From Candidatus Woesearchaeota archaeon (GTDB taxonomy: Archaea > Nanobdellota > Nanobdellia > Pacearchaeales > GW2011-AR1), in contig CAZJEO010000002.1 in NCBI GenBank assembly GCA_964545065.1, positions 132,879 through 196,878 of the forward strand: a stretch of 64,000 nt of DNA, in the 5' to 3' direction. Position 1 is the stretch's first letter; each line of letters opens with the position of its first letter. Position numbers and translations under genes: made by a program. A model generated the notes under the pieces. It worked only from the letters and a program-made list of their open reading frames with translations. It ran no database searches and was not told where the DNA came from. Shown here piece by piece: positions 28,701 through 36,843 of the stretch.

Positions 28701-30597
28701 CACTTGTTGATTGGTTATTACAAGTCAAATCTTGTGTTGAAAGATTTTTGTTGTTTGGTGTTGTTAATGTTGGGTTTGAATGGGTTGGTGGAGCATTTAA
28801 AATTGTAAAAGTAACTTGTTCTGTGTCATTTAAATTATCAGAAGTGTCATTACAATAAAAATTAACTGTATAACTTCCTTTTGTTATGCTTGAATTTGTA
28901 TGTGTGTAATCGTCTGGAGCAGTAGAATTAGTCATGGTATAATTAGTTACTCCTGAATTTAAAGTGTACCAACAAGAACTCATTGCTGTTTCATCTATTG
29001 CTGTAACATTAAAATCTATTGAATGTTCTGTATAATTTATAGGTAATGGAGATACTATTGTTACATTTGGATTAGTTGAATCTGGGGGTGCTTCAGTTTC
29101 TTCTGCACTTAAACTTGTTAATAAATCAAATGTTGCATTTAATTCTGTAGAAGTCAAAACCCTGTTATAAACTTCCATGTGAGAAAAATTCCCCTTAAAA
29201 TTAAAATCTCCAACAAGGTCTGCATGATGAAGAAGCACAACCCTCTCTGTTGTAGTAGTATTAGTTGCTGCCGTTGTTGAAGCATGTTTTAAAACTTTAT
29301 TTATATAAACATTATATTTATCTGCAACAACATCCCAAGTATAAACCATGTGAACTTGGTCACCTGCATTAAACCATCCAGCAGTATTGACAGTGCTTAA
29401 TACCAGCGTACCCCCAATATAACCACGAATGGTATTCGCTCCCCAGTAAAAATTATTACTTTGATGAAAGGTCGCATCATCTCCAGCAAACCACAATCCC
29501 TGACTCCCCATAGACGAAGAACTAAGTGTTGGTTCAAATCTCATTACAACAGTTCCATACGCCCCTTGAAATGGCTCTGTTCCAGTTTTATTTAAAAAAT
29601 CATCAGTAGAATCAAGTGTATAAGAATTAAACAATCCTGAATCAACCCCCTGGGTTATAGTTCCTTGAATAGTAAAATTATTATTTCCAGTAAAATCTAT
29701 CGCTTCACTTTCTTCGTTATCAAAAGGCATATACAATTCTAAACCAGACGGAGCTGTTCCAGAAACTCTTATCGCAGGTATTGTTTGAACTTTCCAAAAC
29801 TCATCTGTATCATTTGCTATGGCATGAATTGTTGAATCATTATAATAAATCGCACAACCATCACCAGCACAAGTGCCATAAATCCAAGTAGCAGTTCCTC
29901 CAAGAGTAGTTGAGGTTGTCCCATTAATTGCTAAAGGAACTGTCTCCAACATTCCTGTAATATTTCTTTTATACTCATAATCCGAATTCCACCAAGCCCA
30001 CTCTGTTAATTCTTTTCCAAATGAAGTCCCGATCCAATCTATTCTTTGATTAGGATTTTTCTTACCTTCAATTCTCCATTTGTAAGTTCCTGCTTCTAAA
30101 ATTTCAAAATTATATTCCTCCCAAAACTCTTTTATTCTTGGTTCTTTGTGTGTCTCAGTAAAATTCATAGTGCAAACTTCTGTGGTTGTTTGATTTATTT
30201 CATCATAGACATCTTCACAAACTTCTATATAATCATTAACCTCAACCTCATATTCTTCTGTTATCCATAATAAAATCTTATCTTCTTTTATATTAGTTTC
30301 TTCTCCCTTTATATTTTTAAATTTCAATGAATCAAATAATTTTTCAGGAACATAAAGCGTAGCTATTCCTTCTGCATAACAATTGATTAAACATTGATCT
30401 GTGTTTTCAATTAATTTATATTCTGCTAATTCAGTTAATTCGTTATCTGAGATAGTAATTGTTTCTGTTTCATCGTCATAATCTTTAATATTATCTATTG
30501 AAGTTTCAGCGATAACAAAATATAAACTAAAAATCCCAATTAAAACAAGAAGCGTGATTATTCCTAACCTTACTTTACCCCCTTTATCCATTGTCAC
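25768..30597 (-). CDS. Giant (1609 aa) surface protein with several LamG/concanavalin-A-like lectin domains, an N-terminal signal/TM and a C-terminal TM anchor
   Basis: LamG_3-type endings recur: MEVYNRVLTSTEL, IDEVAIYNKSLSASEI, IDEFRIYQEALTFEQI. N-terminal hydrophobic segment LGIITLLVLIGIFSLYFVIA and C-terminal LVFIVAIIGGILIVFIV...KKK. Confidence 0.7.
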   Translation of the reverse strand: MTMDKGGKVRLGIITLLVLIGIFSLYFVIAETSIDNIKDYDDETETITISDNELTELAEYKLIENTDQCLINCYAEGIATLYVPEKLFDSLKFKNIKGEETNIKEDKILLWITEEYEVEVNDYIEVCEDVYDEINQTTTEVCTMNFTETHKEPRIKEFWEEYNFEILEAGTYKWRIEGKKNPNQRIDWIGTSFGKELTEWAWWNSDYEYKRNITGMLETVPLAINGTTSTTLGGTATWIYGTCAGDGCAIYYNDSTIHAIANDTDEFWKVQTIPAIRVSGTAPSGLELYMPFDNEESEAIDFTGNNNFTIQGTITQGVDSGLFNSYTLDSTDDFLNKTGTEPFQGAYGTVVMRFEPTLSSSSMGSQGLWFAGDDATFHQSNNFYWGANTIRGYIGGTLVLSTVNTAGWFNAGDQVHMVYTWDVVADKYNVYINKVLKHASTTAATNTTTTERVVLLHHADLVGDFNFKGNFSHMEVYNRVLTSTELNATFDLLTSLSAEETEAPPDSTNPNVTIVSPLPINYTEHSIDFNVTAIDETAMSSCWYTLNSGVTNYTMTNSTAPDDYTHTNSSITKGSYTVNFYCNDTSDNLNDTEQVTFTILNAPPTHSNPTLTTPNNKNLSTQDLTCNNQSTSDVDGDNVLNIYNWYKNSQSLLALNLPFEINADDYSGYDNDGAESGNPQLISGKVGNGYEFDGDDSILIQDSNSLDFAEEKTWQLWFKRATTGAEELFNKGNATISNYKLEFLGDDKLKFSYSLIPGWQQDIEEFNLNKGTYTSTYYNTTTSAVVLDNSYSGDYQSEIFNDSMKELSFNSIIWSADVPTVAELSVEEDMVGLWHFNENSGNITYDETANDNDGTVYGASWTTEGKFNNALDFDGDGDYVDLDNFASKLDDFSTGTISVWTKGKDLSAMNTIFSVNKDSNNRGKLVYDPTGFVCAGGGFLFNLRVGGVWVIELCSDNNVTSDWTHIAITQDGTTSKIYINGVAQADTDSGEWFDDIATLLEVDIGRRADGDNFYFNGTIDEVAIYNKSLSASEILDNYNKGIGAITNLSLSVRSCENNDCSDKGVSWDIEDLTGESVDISSLSNNIYFQFKADFETNDTNYSPKLYNVTLNYSKQTTETEANITSTSTITNDGQWHLATITYDNSGDNNLKLYINDTLDKQKTESSLPAYKDNDLIIGQGFNGSIDEFRIYQEALTFEQITNNYLLNYNKIVSNETSGGDEWMCQVTPNDGEDDGLMKSSGNLSVLWAIEFNVTDSFSGASLDDVTISCDYTEFDQLGDYVNSYGPYGFPPGNWECNFSVIAGYYFKEQIFSADDDKTVPVQLSEELSLTVEEHTWLEWLYTCWNGGDCWNLLQNINQTTTQTWERIIGTNTGVITQEDVLSYELSGSSNISINYTIDVPYKPEVPVNELLPIRMYFWFTDVDKTQCYSQDKGTDTNRAESSYCLPLVAEILGPNDGTVNFQVDLSPNLPAGTYNFTRSIEIDPLGVWTQYGREDIGQIEIVEGGDAGIGVSDELITNKLISSSPNTGGSSGGDSVTNVYNTYVTGEDGEDESVGDEITSEENGGARITGGAIGTNLLSGGSLVFIVAIIGGILIVFIVSRTILQIKKK

Positions 30598-30685
30598 TTA
30601 TAGTCACTAATAATCACTTATATATAAATGTTTTCTTTTCGGGCCTTTCATAACAATGTGCAAGTTGCATAAGAATGATTGAGAG

Positions 30686-30805
30686 TTATTGTGCAATTAA
30701 TAGGATAGTAATTCCACCAACTATAATTAAAAAAATTACAAAAAGCCACCACCATTTCTTAAGTAATTTTTTAGCTTGATTTGGGTTTATTGAAACGCTT
30801 GCCAT
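30686..30805 (-). CDS. 39 aa single-TM peptide (not in the ORF track)
   Basis: My translation is MASVSINPNQAKKLLKKWWWLFVIFLIIVGGITILLIAQ*. It starts 10 nt after the stop of the preceding small ORF and lies upstream of the LamG gene on the same strand. Confidence 0.4.
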   Translation of the reverse strand: MASVSINPNQAKKLLKKWWWLFVIFLIIVGGITILLIAQ

Positions 30806-30815
30806 TTTAAATAAT

Positions 30816-30983
30816 TTAGATGCCCTCTCCTTTTGCTTCTACCCAACAAACTTCTGCTCCTGAGGGGCAATAGATTAATGCTCCTGAAGTAGTTAGCATA
30901 CCAATACTTATTGATCCTGAAATTGCCAATGCGAAAGCATTCTCAATAAGAGCAGCACCTGATGTTGTACTTGTTGTTTTCAT
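30816..30983 (-). CDS. 55 aa peptide with a type IV pilin-like / leader-peptide-like N-terminus (not in the ORF track)
   Basis: My translation is MKTTSTTSGAALIENAFALAISGSISIGMLTTSGALIYCPSGAEVCWVEAKGEGI*. An AT-rich TATA-like element (ttatataatttaaaag on the minus strand, around 31021-31036) lies about 45 nt upstream. Confidence 0.45.
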   Translation of the reverse strand: MKTTSTTSGAALIENAFALAISGSISIGMLTTSGALIYCPSGAEVCWVEAKGEGI

Positions 30984-31180
30984 ACGTTAAGATTAAACTT
31001 GAAGTTAATAAATATTCTCTTTTAAATTATATAATTTGGTTTGGGTTGAATTATTTACTTTATGATAGAAAAACTTATAAAGATATTTCTGGTAATCTGA
31101 TTATAATGGTTGATAGTTAAGAGGGTTGTCCTGATTAACTTCAGGGCAGTAAAACCCTCTCCCTATTTTTTTAGAATAAT

Positions 31181-31882
31181 ATGAAAGTAATGATTTTTTT
31201 GGATAACTCTAATTTTTTTAAAAGCATATCTTGTTTTCATACCGATAGGGGGCAAGATAGAGTTATAGACTATAGCAAAATAAATAAATTTGTTATGAAC
31301 TATCTTTCTAAAAACCCCCAATATAAAAAAGAAAACTTATTCCATGTAAGAACATATTATTACGACGGGGAATATACAGATACAATGATAAATAAAATAA
31401 AAAAGCATTTAAATAGAATACCCAATTTGCTAGAAACTCAAGAAGAAAAAAATGAAATTAATATTATTCTTACAAAAGCCCTGCGTAGAATGTCTGCACA
31501 AAAAAGGGAGATGGATAGAATGAAAAGTTTTTACTTCTTTGAAATAAAATTAAAACCATTACAATATTACCCATCGCAAGGGGTATTTCAAAAAGGTGTA
31601 GATGTTCAATTAGCAGTGGATTTAGTCTCAAATGCTTATTTAAATAATTATGACATTGCAGTATTGTTCTCGGGGGACATTGATTTATTTGAGTCTGTTA
31701 AATTAGTTAAAACTCTTGGGAAACAAATAATTATTTTTTCCCATAATAATCTTATGGCGGATGGGATGGTTTCTGTATGTGATTTCTATAAAGATTTATG
31801 TAGATTAGATGATGAGCAACTAAATGAATTTACACATCTCTTTGAAAAGAGACCTGCTAAGCCCATCAAACCTTCAACTTAA
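31181..31882 (+). CDS. NYN-domain (LabA/DUF88-like) putative RNase
   Basis: MKVMIFLDNSNFF start, then GVDVQLAVDL and AVLFSGDIDLFESV, the acidic NYN/PIN-like motifs. Confidence 0.7.
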   Translation: MKVMIFLDNSNFFKSISCFHTDRGQDRVIDYSKINKFVMNYLSKNPQYKKENLFHVRTYYYDGEYTDTMINKIKKHLNRIPNLLETQEEKNEINIILTKALRRMSAQKREMDRMKSFYFFEIKLKPLQYYPSQGVFQKGVDVQLAVDLVSNAYLNNYDIAVLFSGDIDLFESVKLVKTLGKQIIIFSHNNLMADGMVSVCDFYKDLCRLDDEQLNEFTHLFEKRPAKPIKPST

Positions 31883-31945
31883 CACTTCGATAAGGCTTGC
31901 CATTAATCTCATGTTTCTTCTTTTCAAGAAAAATCAAAACTCTTT

Positions 31946-33469
31946 TTATCCCTCTATCTTCTTAACAATATCTACGAAAGCGGGTCTTGTGATTAATACA
32001 CCAATTGTAATTCCAAGTATTGTTGTGAATACAAATCCTTTTAGCAAACCTGCTCCTGCCCACCACAAGGGAATAAGGGCAACTAATGCTGTGAAGTACG
32101 CGCCTAAGATTATTTTGAATGCTCTTTTCATTCTTTGTTTTATACTTAAGAAATGGGTTTGCTTTGCTTCATCGAGAATAATAATCTGGCTGTCGATTCC
32201 TGTACCAATTACAGCTAAGATTCCTGCGATACTTGGAAGATCCAAGTCCCATTTTATTACAGCTGCGATTCCTAAGATGATAATTATTTCTGATATGCTT
32301 GTGAGTAATAACGCGAAACATGATTTCAGTTTTCTGTATCTTATGAAAACAACAAGCGAGATGGCAAATAAAGCAGCGAGGCCTGCGAAGAGGACATTCC
32401 TAGTGAATCCAATTCCAAGTGTTGGTGAAATTGTGTCTAGTTTTACTATTTCTAATTTGTAAGGTAGGCTTCCTGTGATGAGGATTGTCTGTAATTTGTG
32501 CATTTCTTCTTCTGCAGCGATATAAGCATCATTCCTTGTTGCGCCCATCTCTGAACCCTGGATTTGAATCTGGGTTGTTACTCTGCCTTTAAGACCTTCG
32601 CTAATCAATAGACTGTTCACTAAGTTATCGTCTATATACAAATCAAGCTTTTTTTCTAGATAATTACCCTGAGATGTTGAATTTATTTCTAGTTTTTCTG
32701 TTATGTCTGCGTGTCTTTGTGCTGCTTCTTCGCTGAGATAAACAACAAATCTGAAACTACAGACCTGCCCTTCTTGGGCTTCACTGCAAGAATAAACTCC
32801 TGAATCCTGTCCAGACCTTGCAACAGAAGTTATGTCTTTATCTCCTCCAATAAACACTATTTCATCCCCTATTTTTGCCTCGAATTTTCCTTGCTGTGAG
32901 ATTAAATCTCTCAAATCACTTGGAGTTGCTCCTGCAATTTCTATTAGCATGAAATGATTTCCTGTTAAATCTGAAACAGGTCGGATGTTCATATCTGTGA
33001 TTCCATACACATTGAATCTGTTACTGACTATGTCCACTAAATCGCTAACTTCTTCTGCTGAGAGTTTTTCATTTTCTGCTTGGACTAATGCTCTTGAGCC
33101 TCCTATAAGATCTAATCCTAGTTTGATATTTGTTGCTGGAATTTTTGAAACAATTATTTTTGGTGAAGAATTTGAATAAAGAATGTAATCTACTTCATCT
33201 ACTGTTAGGGTTGTTTTTACTTTTTCTTCTGAAGGGAATTTTTCTTTTATTATTTCTGAGAAATCTTCAACACTAGATATTTTTTGCCCATCTATTGCTA
33301 TTATAACCTGGCCTTGCCTTAAACCTTGTTCAAAGGCATTTGAATCTCCCTCGACAGAAGATATTAAAACTCCTTTTTCCAGAAATGTCGGAGTTATAAA
33401 TAAAGATATCAGGGATAATGCCAAAACAATTAATAATAACCAGATTTTCCATGTTAGTTTTAGTTTCAT
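31946..33469 (-). CDS. secD: Protein-export membrane protein SecD
   Basis: N-terminal TM, a large periplasmic-type domain and a C-terminal six-TM bundle (GLDLIGG..., AGILAVIGTGIDSQIII). Lies in an operon with secF. Confidence 0.85.
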   Translation of the reverse strand: MKLKLTWKIWLLLIVLALSLISLFITPTFLEKGVLISSVEGDSNAFEQGLRQGQVIIAIDGQKISSVEDFSEIIKEKFPSEEKVKTTLTVDEVDYILYSNSSPKIIVSKIPATNIKLGLDLIGGSRALVQAENEKLSAEEVSDLVDIVSNRFNVYGITDMNIRPVSDLTGNHFMLIEIAGATPSDLRDLISQQGKFEAKIGDEIVFIGGDKDITSVARSGQDSGVYSCSEAQEGQVCSFRFVVYLSEEAAQRHADITEKLEINSTSQGNYLEKKLDLYIDDNLVNSLLISEGLKGRVTTQIQIQGSEMGATRNDAYIAAEEEMHKLQTILITGSLPYKLEIVKLDTISPTLGIGFTRNVLFAGLAALFAISLVVFIRYRKLKSCFALLLTSISEIIIILGIAAVIKWDLDLPSIAGILAVIGTGIDSQIIILDEAKQTHFLSIKQRMKRAFKIILGAYFTALVALIPLWWAGAGLLKGFVFTTILGITIGVLITRPAFVDIVKKIEG

Positions 33470-34026
33470 TTTTTCCGTTCTCCTATAATAGGTTTTATTT
33501 TGTCAAAAAGAGAGAGATATTCTTCTGATAAAAGACCCTGAATAAATCTTTTTTTGTCTGCTTCTGTTAAATGTTTTAATTTTTCAATAGACCAAAATTC
33601 TAAACTGGTAAGTTCCCCTTTTTCAGGTTTTAAATCTCCTATACCTCCCTCAAATTGATAAGCATATATTTTTTTGAAAGAGTTGTTAGTATTATTCGTT
33701 ATAGGATCATGTGATTTTGATCTGCGAGTTCCTAAAAAAATTAGATTATCAAAACTTGTTTGGATACCTAGTTCCTCATCAAGTTCTCTGGTTGCCGCAG
33801 ATTCATAACTCTCATCAAGATCAACATGCCCTCCAGAAGAAGCATCTAATAAATTTGGAAAAGTATCTTTGTTTGGACCCCTCCTCTGAAACAAAATTTC
33901 TCCTTTTTTATTAAATAGCCAAACATGAATTTCTCTATGTAAAAGCCCTTTTCTATGAATCTTTTCTCTAGTTTCTTCTCCAATAATATTCCCTTGTTCA
34001 TCAATTAAATTGAATTTTTCTTTCAT
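33466..34026 (-). CDS. Nudix hydrolase (IDI-like subfamily, lacking the IDI catalytic Cys)
   Basis: Nudix box GGHVDLDESYESAATRELDEELGI, preceded by HRKGLLHREIHVWLFNKKGEILFQRR. ATGA overlaps with both secF (34023-34026) and secD (33466-33469). Confidence 0.8.
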   Translation of the reverse strand: MKEKFNLIDEQGNIIGEETREKIHRKGLLHREIHVWLFNKKGEILFQRRGPNKDTFPNLLDASSGGHVDLDESYESAATRELDEELGIQTSFDNLIFLGTRRSKSHDPITNNTNNSFKKIYAYQFEGGIGDLKPEKGELTSLEFWSIEKLKHLTEADKKRFIQGLLSEEYLSLFDKIKPIIGERKK

Positions 34027-34922
34027 TTTCTCTTTTTCTCCATGTACCATTTAAGTATTGAAGCATTTGTTATCCAAGTGTTTAGCAAATCAAAGCCAAG
34101 CCCGATTGCGAGGATTGTGAAAATTTGTGCCAGTACAGAAGAGAATGAGCTTACTACGATTAAAGCGAAGATGACTGCTAAAAGAGATGTTAAGGTCATT
34201 GTTGTCCCTGTTTTGAACGCCCCGAAAATTCTTTGGTTTAGTGAGCCTTCGTCTCGTTTTAGGATTCTTGTTGTCAGCAAGATGTCTGTATCAACAGAGT
34301 AACCGATTAGCATTAAGAAAGCTATGATTCCTGCGCTTGAAACTTTTATTCCCAAGAGATTTACAACAACTAATGTCATTAGTATGTCTGCAAAGGCAGA
34401 GATTATTACAGCTGCCGATGGAACAGGTGTTCTGAAAATTATGAAAACAACTATTGCCATGAAAAGGAAGGCTATTAAAATTGCAATTAGAAGTTGCCTG
34501 TAAAAACTCTCGCTAAGAGTTGATCCTGTGAACTCGAAGCTACTGTTTTCTTCTGTTAGCTCATATCCAAGATACTCCTCCAGAACTTGTTCTGTTCGCT
34601 CTCCATCAGAAGTTGTTTCTATGACAATTGCTAATTTTTCTCTTGTAATCAAATCATAAATCTCTCTTGTGCCTAGTTCTTCAAGTTGATTAGAAAGCGC
34701 CTGTTCTAATTCGGCTGTGTCTAAATCTCCATTAATTGTTACAGATGTTCCACCTTTTAATGTGATGTCTCTTCTTATGAGATCATTATTTTGGGCATAG
34801 AATGATGACATGTAGATGAATGAGAAAACTAAAAGCGCTATGGGAATTAGCAATAGTAATTTGTAATTCTTATCATGAAATTCTGCGAATTTGTTTTTTT
34901 TCTGTTCTTGTTCGTTTTCCAT
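34023..34922 (-). CDS. secF: Protein-export membrane protein SecF
   Basis: SecF-type TM bundle (DILMTLVVVNLLGIKVSSAGIIAFLMLIGYSVDTDILL). The start is set at MENEQEQ (ATG 34922) because the longer track ORF overlaps tRNA-Gly. Confidence 0.85.
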   Translation of the reverse strand: MENEQEQKKNKFAEFHDKNYKLLLLIPIALLVFSFIYMSSFYAQNNDLIRRDITLKGGTSVTINGDLDTAELEQALSNQLEELGTREIYDLITREKLAIVIETTSDGERTEQVLEEYLGYELTEENSSFEFTGSTLSESFYRQLLIAILIAFLFMAIVVFIIFRTPVPSAAVIISAFADILMTLVVVNLLGIKVSSAGIIAFLMLIGYSVDTDILLTTRILKRDEGSLNQRIFGAFKTGTTMTLTSLLAVIFALIVVSSFSSVLAQIFTILAIGLGFDLLNTWITNASILKWYMEKKRK

Positions 34923-34931
34923 TTTATTGAA

Positions 34932-35002
34932 TGCGCGAGCTGGGAATCGAACCCAGGCAATTTGCTTGGAAGGCAAATGTCATACCATTAGACCACTCGC
35001 GC
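34932..35002 (-). tRNA. tRNA-Gly (anticodon UCC)
   Basis: GCGCGAG acceptor stem paired with CTCGCGC, T-loop GGGTTCGATTCCC, anticodon stem TTTGC/GCAAA with loop CTTCCAA. No encoded CCA. Confidence 0.9.
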
Positions 35003-35028
35003 TTTATTTGAGTAAATTGAATTAGTTT

Positions 35029-35370
35029 TTAAAACTTATTACTTTTCATTTGATAGTGAATTTTTTTATGACAATTGGCACAAACTACCTCGCATTTTTT
35101 TATTTCCATTACAATTCTTTTTATTGAACAACCATCATCTACCATGTTACCAATTGCTTTTTCTTTCTTATATTCTCCTTTATGGTGGAACTCCAATGTT
35201 GCAGGATGACTCTCTGGACATTTAGAACAAACTAAACTTCCTTTATAATTTTGGAACCATTTTTTTATTTCCAACTTTCTTCTCTTGACATGTGCTTTCT
35301 CTGACTCTTTGTTTTTGGCGTACCATTCTCTACGATATTTTCTTCTATATTCTGGATTTGTAAAAGGCAT
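35029..35370 (-). CDS. HNH endonuclease-like zinc-finger protein
   Basis: CSKCPESHPATLEFHHKGE...CANCHKKIH (CxxC...HH...CxxCH). Lies between two tRNA genes. Confidence 0.6.
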   Translation of the reverse strand: MPFTNPEYRRKYRREWYAKNKESEKAHVKRRKLEIKKWFQNYKGSLVCSKCPESHPATLEFHHKGEYKKEKAIGNMVDDGCSIKRIVMEIKKCEVVCANCHKKIHYQMKSNKF

Positions 35371-35422
35371 AAAAAATAAAGGATTCCAACCTTAATAAAA
35401 GTTTGTGACCTCCTCTATCAAA

Positions 35423-35497
35423 CGCCCGAGGTAGGATTCGAACCTACGACTTCTTCCTTAGGAGGGAAGTGCTCTATCCAGACTGAGCTACTCGGGC
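35423..35497 (-). tRNA. tRNA-Arg (anticodon CCU)
   Basis: Acceptor GCCCGAG/CTCGGGC, D-arm GCTCAGTCTGGATAGAGC, anticodon stem CTTCC/GGAAG with loop CTCCTAA, T-arm GTAGGTTCGAATCCTAC. Confidence 0.9.
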
Positions 35498-35535
35498 TAG
35501 GATATGTTTTTAAACAGTATCTTTGTTTAAAAAAC

Positions 35536-35808
35536 ATGTTGGTTAAGATTTTAGGAGCAATAGATGTTGTTGCGGGAGCTATATTGGGCTTGAGTATTTT
35601 AACAGAGATTCCTTTCTATCTTTTAATTACTTTGGGCGCTGTGTTGTTGATTAAGTCATTTCTTGGCTTTCCAAAAGATTTTGCAGGATGGATTGATTTT
35701 TTGACGGCAATTATATTGATTCTGACTGCGTTTATTGCAGTTCCTTTATTCATCAAAATTATTTTTATGATATTGATTCTTCAGAAAGGGATTAGTAGTT
35801 TTTTATGA
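35536..35808 (+). CDS. Small integral membrane protein (3 TM), unknown function
   Basis: Hydrophobic 90 aa ORF. No family recognised. Confidence 0.45.
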   Translation: MLVKILGAIDVVAGAILGLSILTEIPFYLLITLGAVLLIKSFLGFPKDFAGWIDFLTAIILILTAFIAVPLFIKIIFMILILQKGISSFL

Positions 35809-35962
35809 GAAGATGTAAAGGATGTTCGCTCCCAGAGAAGTTGCTATAGGAATGTAAAATTTGTCACTTCTCTAAAAGCTCATCGAACCAAAACGTAAGC
35901 ACGAAATAGTTTTGAATTTAAGCGATTTTGAAAATTCCATTTGCTGTTTACAACAGCAATAA

Positions 35963-36046
35963 TGCGGAGTAAAGGATTCGAACCTTCGTAAGCACTAAGC
36001 TAACGCCTCTTGAGGGCGTCCCGTTTGACCACTCCGGCAACTCCGC
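35963..36046 (-). tRNA. tRNA-Leu (anticodon CAA), class II with a long variable arm
   Basis: Acceptor GCGGAGT/ACTCCGC, anticodon stem ACGCC/GGCGT with loop CTCAAGA, variable arm TAGCTTAGTGCTTAC, T-arm GAAGGTTCGAATCCTTT. Confidence 0.9.
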
Positions 36047-36068
36047 ATAGAATTAGGGGGAATTTCGT

Positions 36069-36079
36069 GTATAAAAAGG
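36069..36079 (-). promoter_or_regulatory. TATA box of the tRNA-Leu(CAA) promoter
   Basis: The minus strand reads cctttttatac, centred about 27-28 nt upstream of the mature tRNA 5' end. The same CTTTTTATA core and spacing occur upstream of the second tRNA-Leu. Confidence 0.6.
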
Positions 36080-36093
36080 TTTAGAATTAGAAA

Positions 36094-36813
36094 CTATTTT
36101 CCAATCTTCTTGGCAACATCTGCCAAATCTTTCTTTAATACTTCAATAGATTTACTAAAAATATCTTTGACATCTATTTGCCCAAATGATTCAAGATTCA
36201 CAATTAAGTCCTTTCCATAATTTATTTCTGATTTTTTCCCTGCTCTTTCACAGATTCCCTCACAAAAATCAAGAATTTCTTTTTCTTTATCGTCGATAAT
36301 AATAAGTTTGCCTTCTTTCTCTTTTATCTCATTTTTTGGGCAGGCTTTTTTAATTTCTGCAGCAAACCCCTTGTCCATTGTTATTTCTGACACATTTCTA
36401 TAAAACATTAATCCGGGGGAGAACTTTGCATGTGTGCTCCCTTTTCCAGGTTTAACATTTGCAACTAATTCCAGCTCTTGTCCTTTACTCAAAATCGTGA
36501 TAGGGATATCCCCATAAACAACATCAAAATCTCCTTTTAATTCTTCAGCTTTAACTGTTCCTTCTTTCTTCACACTCAACTTCAACTTCCCTTCTGTTTT
36601 TTCTGTCACAGTTTTTTCTACTTTCAGGGGGACTAATCCAATTCTATGAGCAACTGTTTCGTCATAAAGCGGAGAATCGTTTTTTGAGATTTCTACCTCT
36701 TCTACAGCTAGGATTGGAATTTCTCCAACATATCTTCTGATAGCATTAGCAAGAGATTCTTCTATCTCTGCCTTGAATGCAAATTTATTGTTTTTTTTAT
36801 TTACAAGTTCCAT
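36094..36813 (-). CDS. rpoD: DNA-directed RNA polymerase subunit D (Rpo3)
   Basis: ANAIRRYVGEIPILAVEEVEISKNDSPLYDETVAHRIGLVPLK. Conserved position after S13-S4-S11. Confidence 0.85.
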   Translation of the reverse strand: MELVNKKNNKFAFKAEIEESLANAIRRYVGEIPILAVEEVEISKNDSPLYDETVAHRIGLVPLKVEKTVTEKTEGKLKLSVKKEGTVKAEELKGDFDVVYGDIPITILSKGQELELVANVKPGKGSTHAKFSPGLMFYRNVSEITMDKGFAAEIKKACPKNEIKEKEGKLIIIDDKEKEILDFCEGICERAGKKSEINYGKDLIVNLESFGQIDVKDIFSKSIEVLKKDLADVAKKIGK

Positions 36814-36843
36814 ATTAAAATATCAAAATTTGGTTATTTAAAC

